From an uncultured Muribaculaceae bacterium (GTDB lineage Bacteria > Bacillota_I > Bacilli_A > RF39 > UBA660): DNA of 56,305 bases. Every line of letters begins with the position of its first letter. Within the stretch, counting starts at the first letter, position 1. Under the pieces are notes generated by a model. The model was not told where the DNA came from, ran no database searches, and saw only the letters and a list, made by a program, of their open reading frames with translations. Made by a program: the position numbers and the translations under genes. Of this stretch, positions 55,666-56,305 are shown piece after piece. The stretch spans positions 1-56,305 of the forward strand of contig CAYRLX010000006.1 in the NCBI GenBank assembly GCA_964425325.1, given 5' to 3'.

Positions 55666-55974
55666 ATGAATATTCCATTTTTGATTTTTGTTGTTGCACT
55701 TGTTTTAGTTATTGTGTTTTTTAAAGATTTTAATGCTTTTGTTTATTTTGTTGTGGCAAGTGATATTTTTTTAAGGTTGGTTTTTTATTTAAAAACTAAT
55801 CTTATAAAGGACTCAGCTTTAAGCTTTTTAAATTCTATACCAGCTGATGTGCCTACAATTATTAAGTCTTTGGATTTAGGTATGTTTACTGAGTTATTAA
55901 TAATTATATATGTTATAGTTTATATAATATTTGAAGGTTATTTAATAAGAAATTTTATAAGAAGAAAATTTTAA
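55666..55974 (+). CDS. Small integral membrane hypothetical protein
   Basis: Three hydrophobic segments; RBS GGGGTGG (ORF track starts at 55642). Confidence 0.7.
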   Translation: MNIPFLIFVVALVLVIVFFKDFNAFVYFVVASDIFLRLVFYLKTNLIKDSALSFLNSIPADVPTIIKSLDLGMFTELLIIIYVIVYIIFEGYLIRNFIRRKF

Positions 55975-55993
55975 TTAATTTTCTTTTTTTTGT

Positions 55994-56018
55994 AAAAAAA
56001 AGTTCCTTTTGGAACTTT
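55994..56018 (-). terminator. Intrinsic terminator for the minus-strand gene entering from the right
   Basis: A-run plus AAAGTTCC-tttt-GGAACTTT. Confidence 0.7.
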
Positions 56019-56305
56019 AGAGTTTTAGTATTTCTATTTCTTCTTCTTTTTCTTTTTTTGGCAAGATTAATATTGGTTTAATAATTTCATCATTATTTTC
56101 ATCTTTAGGTAAAGCGTTAAATATGTCTGTTTTATTATTGATTTGCTCTATATTATCATTATTGTTTTGATTTATTGGTTCTGGAGTAATAGTCTGATTT
56201 AATATAGGTGCGGGTTCAACTGGCTGAGGAATAGGCTCTGGAGTAATAGTCTGATTTAATATAGGAGCGGGTTCAATTGGCTGCGGAATAGGCTCTGGAG
56301 TAATA
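56017..56305 (-). CDS. 3' end of a partial Pro/Glu-rich protein ending ..KEEEIEILKL*
   Basis: Open frame from 56304 to TAA at 56017-56019; truncated by the window edge. Confidence 0.75.
   Translation of the reverse strand, partial: ITPEPIPQPIEPAPILNQTITPEPIPQPVEPAPILNQTITPEPINQNNNDNIEQINNKTDIFNALPKDENNDEIIKPILILPKKEKEEEIEILKL
56176..56305 (-). repeat. 57-bp coding tandem repeat (ITPEPIPQPVEPAPILNQT), at least 2.3 copies
   Basis: TCTGGAGTAATA recurs three times at 57-bp spacing up to the window edge. Confidence 0.85.

Noticed and set aside
56176-56305. Possible CRISPR array
   Set aside because: Contiguous 57-bp in-frame coding repeats without unique spacers; no cas genes
1-56305. Mycoplasma origin (genetic code 4)
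   Set aside because: TGA terminates genes (e.g. 7213, 14594, 35516, 43818), Trp is TGG, and sporulation and wall-related genes are present

Overview
A very AT-rich (roughly 25-30% GC by eye) chromosomal segment using the standard genetic code (TGA = stop). It comes from a Bacilli-type organism; gene content suggests an uncultured RF39-like lineage (inference). About 0.2-18.4 kb is a co-oriented cell-contact locus: three short prepilin-like genes, a degenerate TadZ/CpaE-like ATPase, three VirB2-like pilins, VirB6, a free-standing copy of the VirB6 tail, VirB3, a split VirB4, two cell-wall-hydrolase/lipoprotein pairs and a VirD4 coupling protein. No relaxase, integrase or ICE regulator is visible. 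A 3457-aa repeat adhesin follows. The remainder is mostly housekeeping (rmuC, rnr, smpB, tmRNA, dusB, nrnA, parE/parC, sua5, sod, obg, priA, fmt), mixed with sporulation genes (ylxY-, spoVID-, ysxE-like), orphan type IV pilins and a signal-less NlpC/P60 protein. An IS110 element (44115-45968) interrupts an Rpn-family nuclease gene. Its CT core, circle-junction promoter and a candidate bridge RNA with guides matching its own target and donor sites can be read directly from the sequence. All calls come from manual motif recognition; no searches were run.
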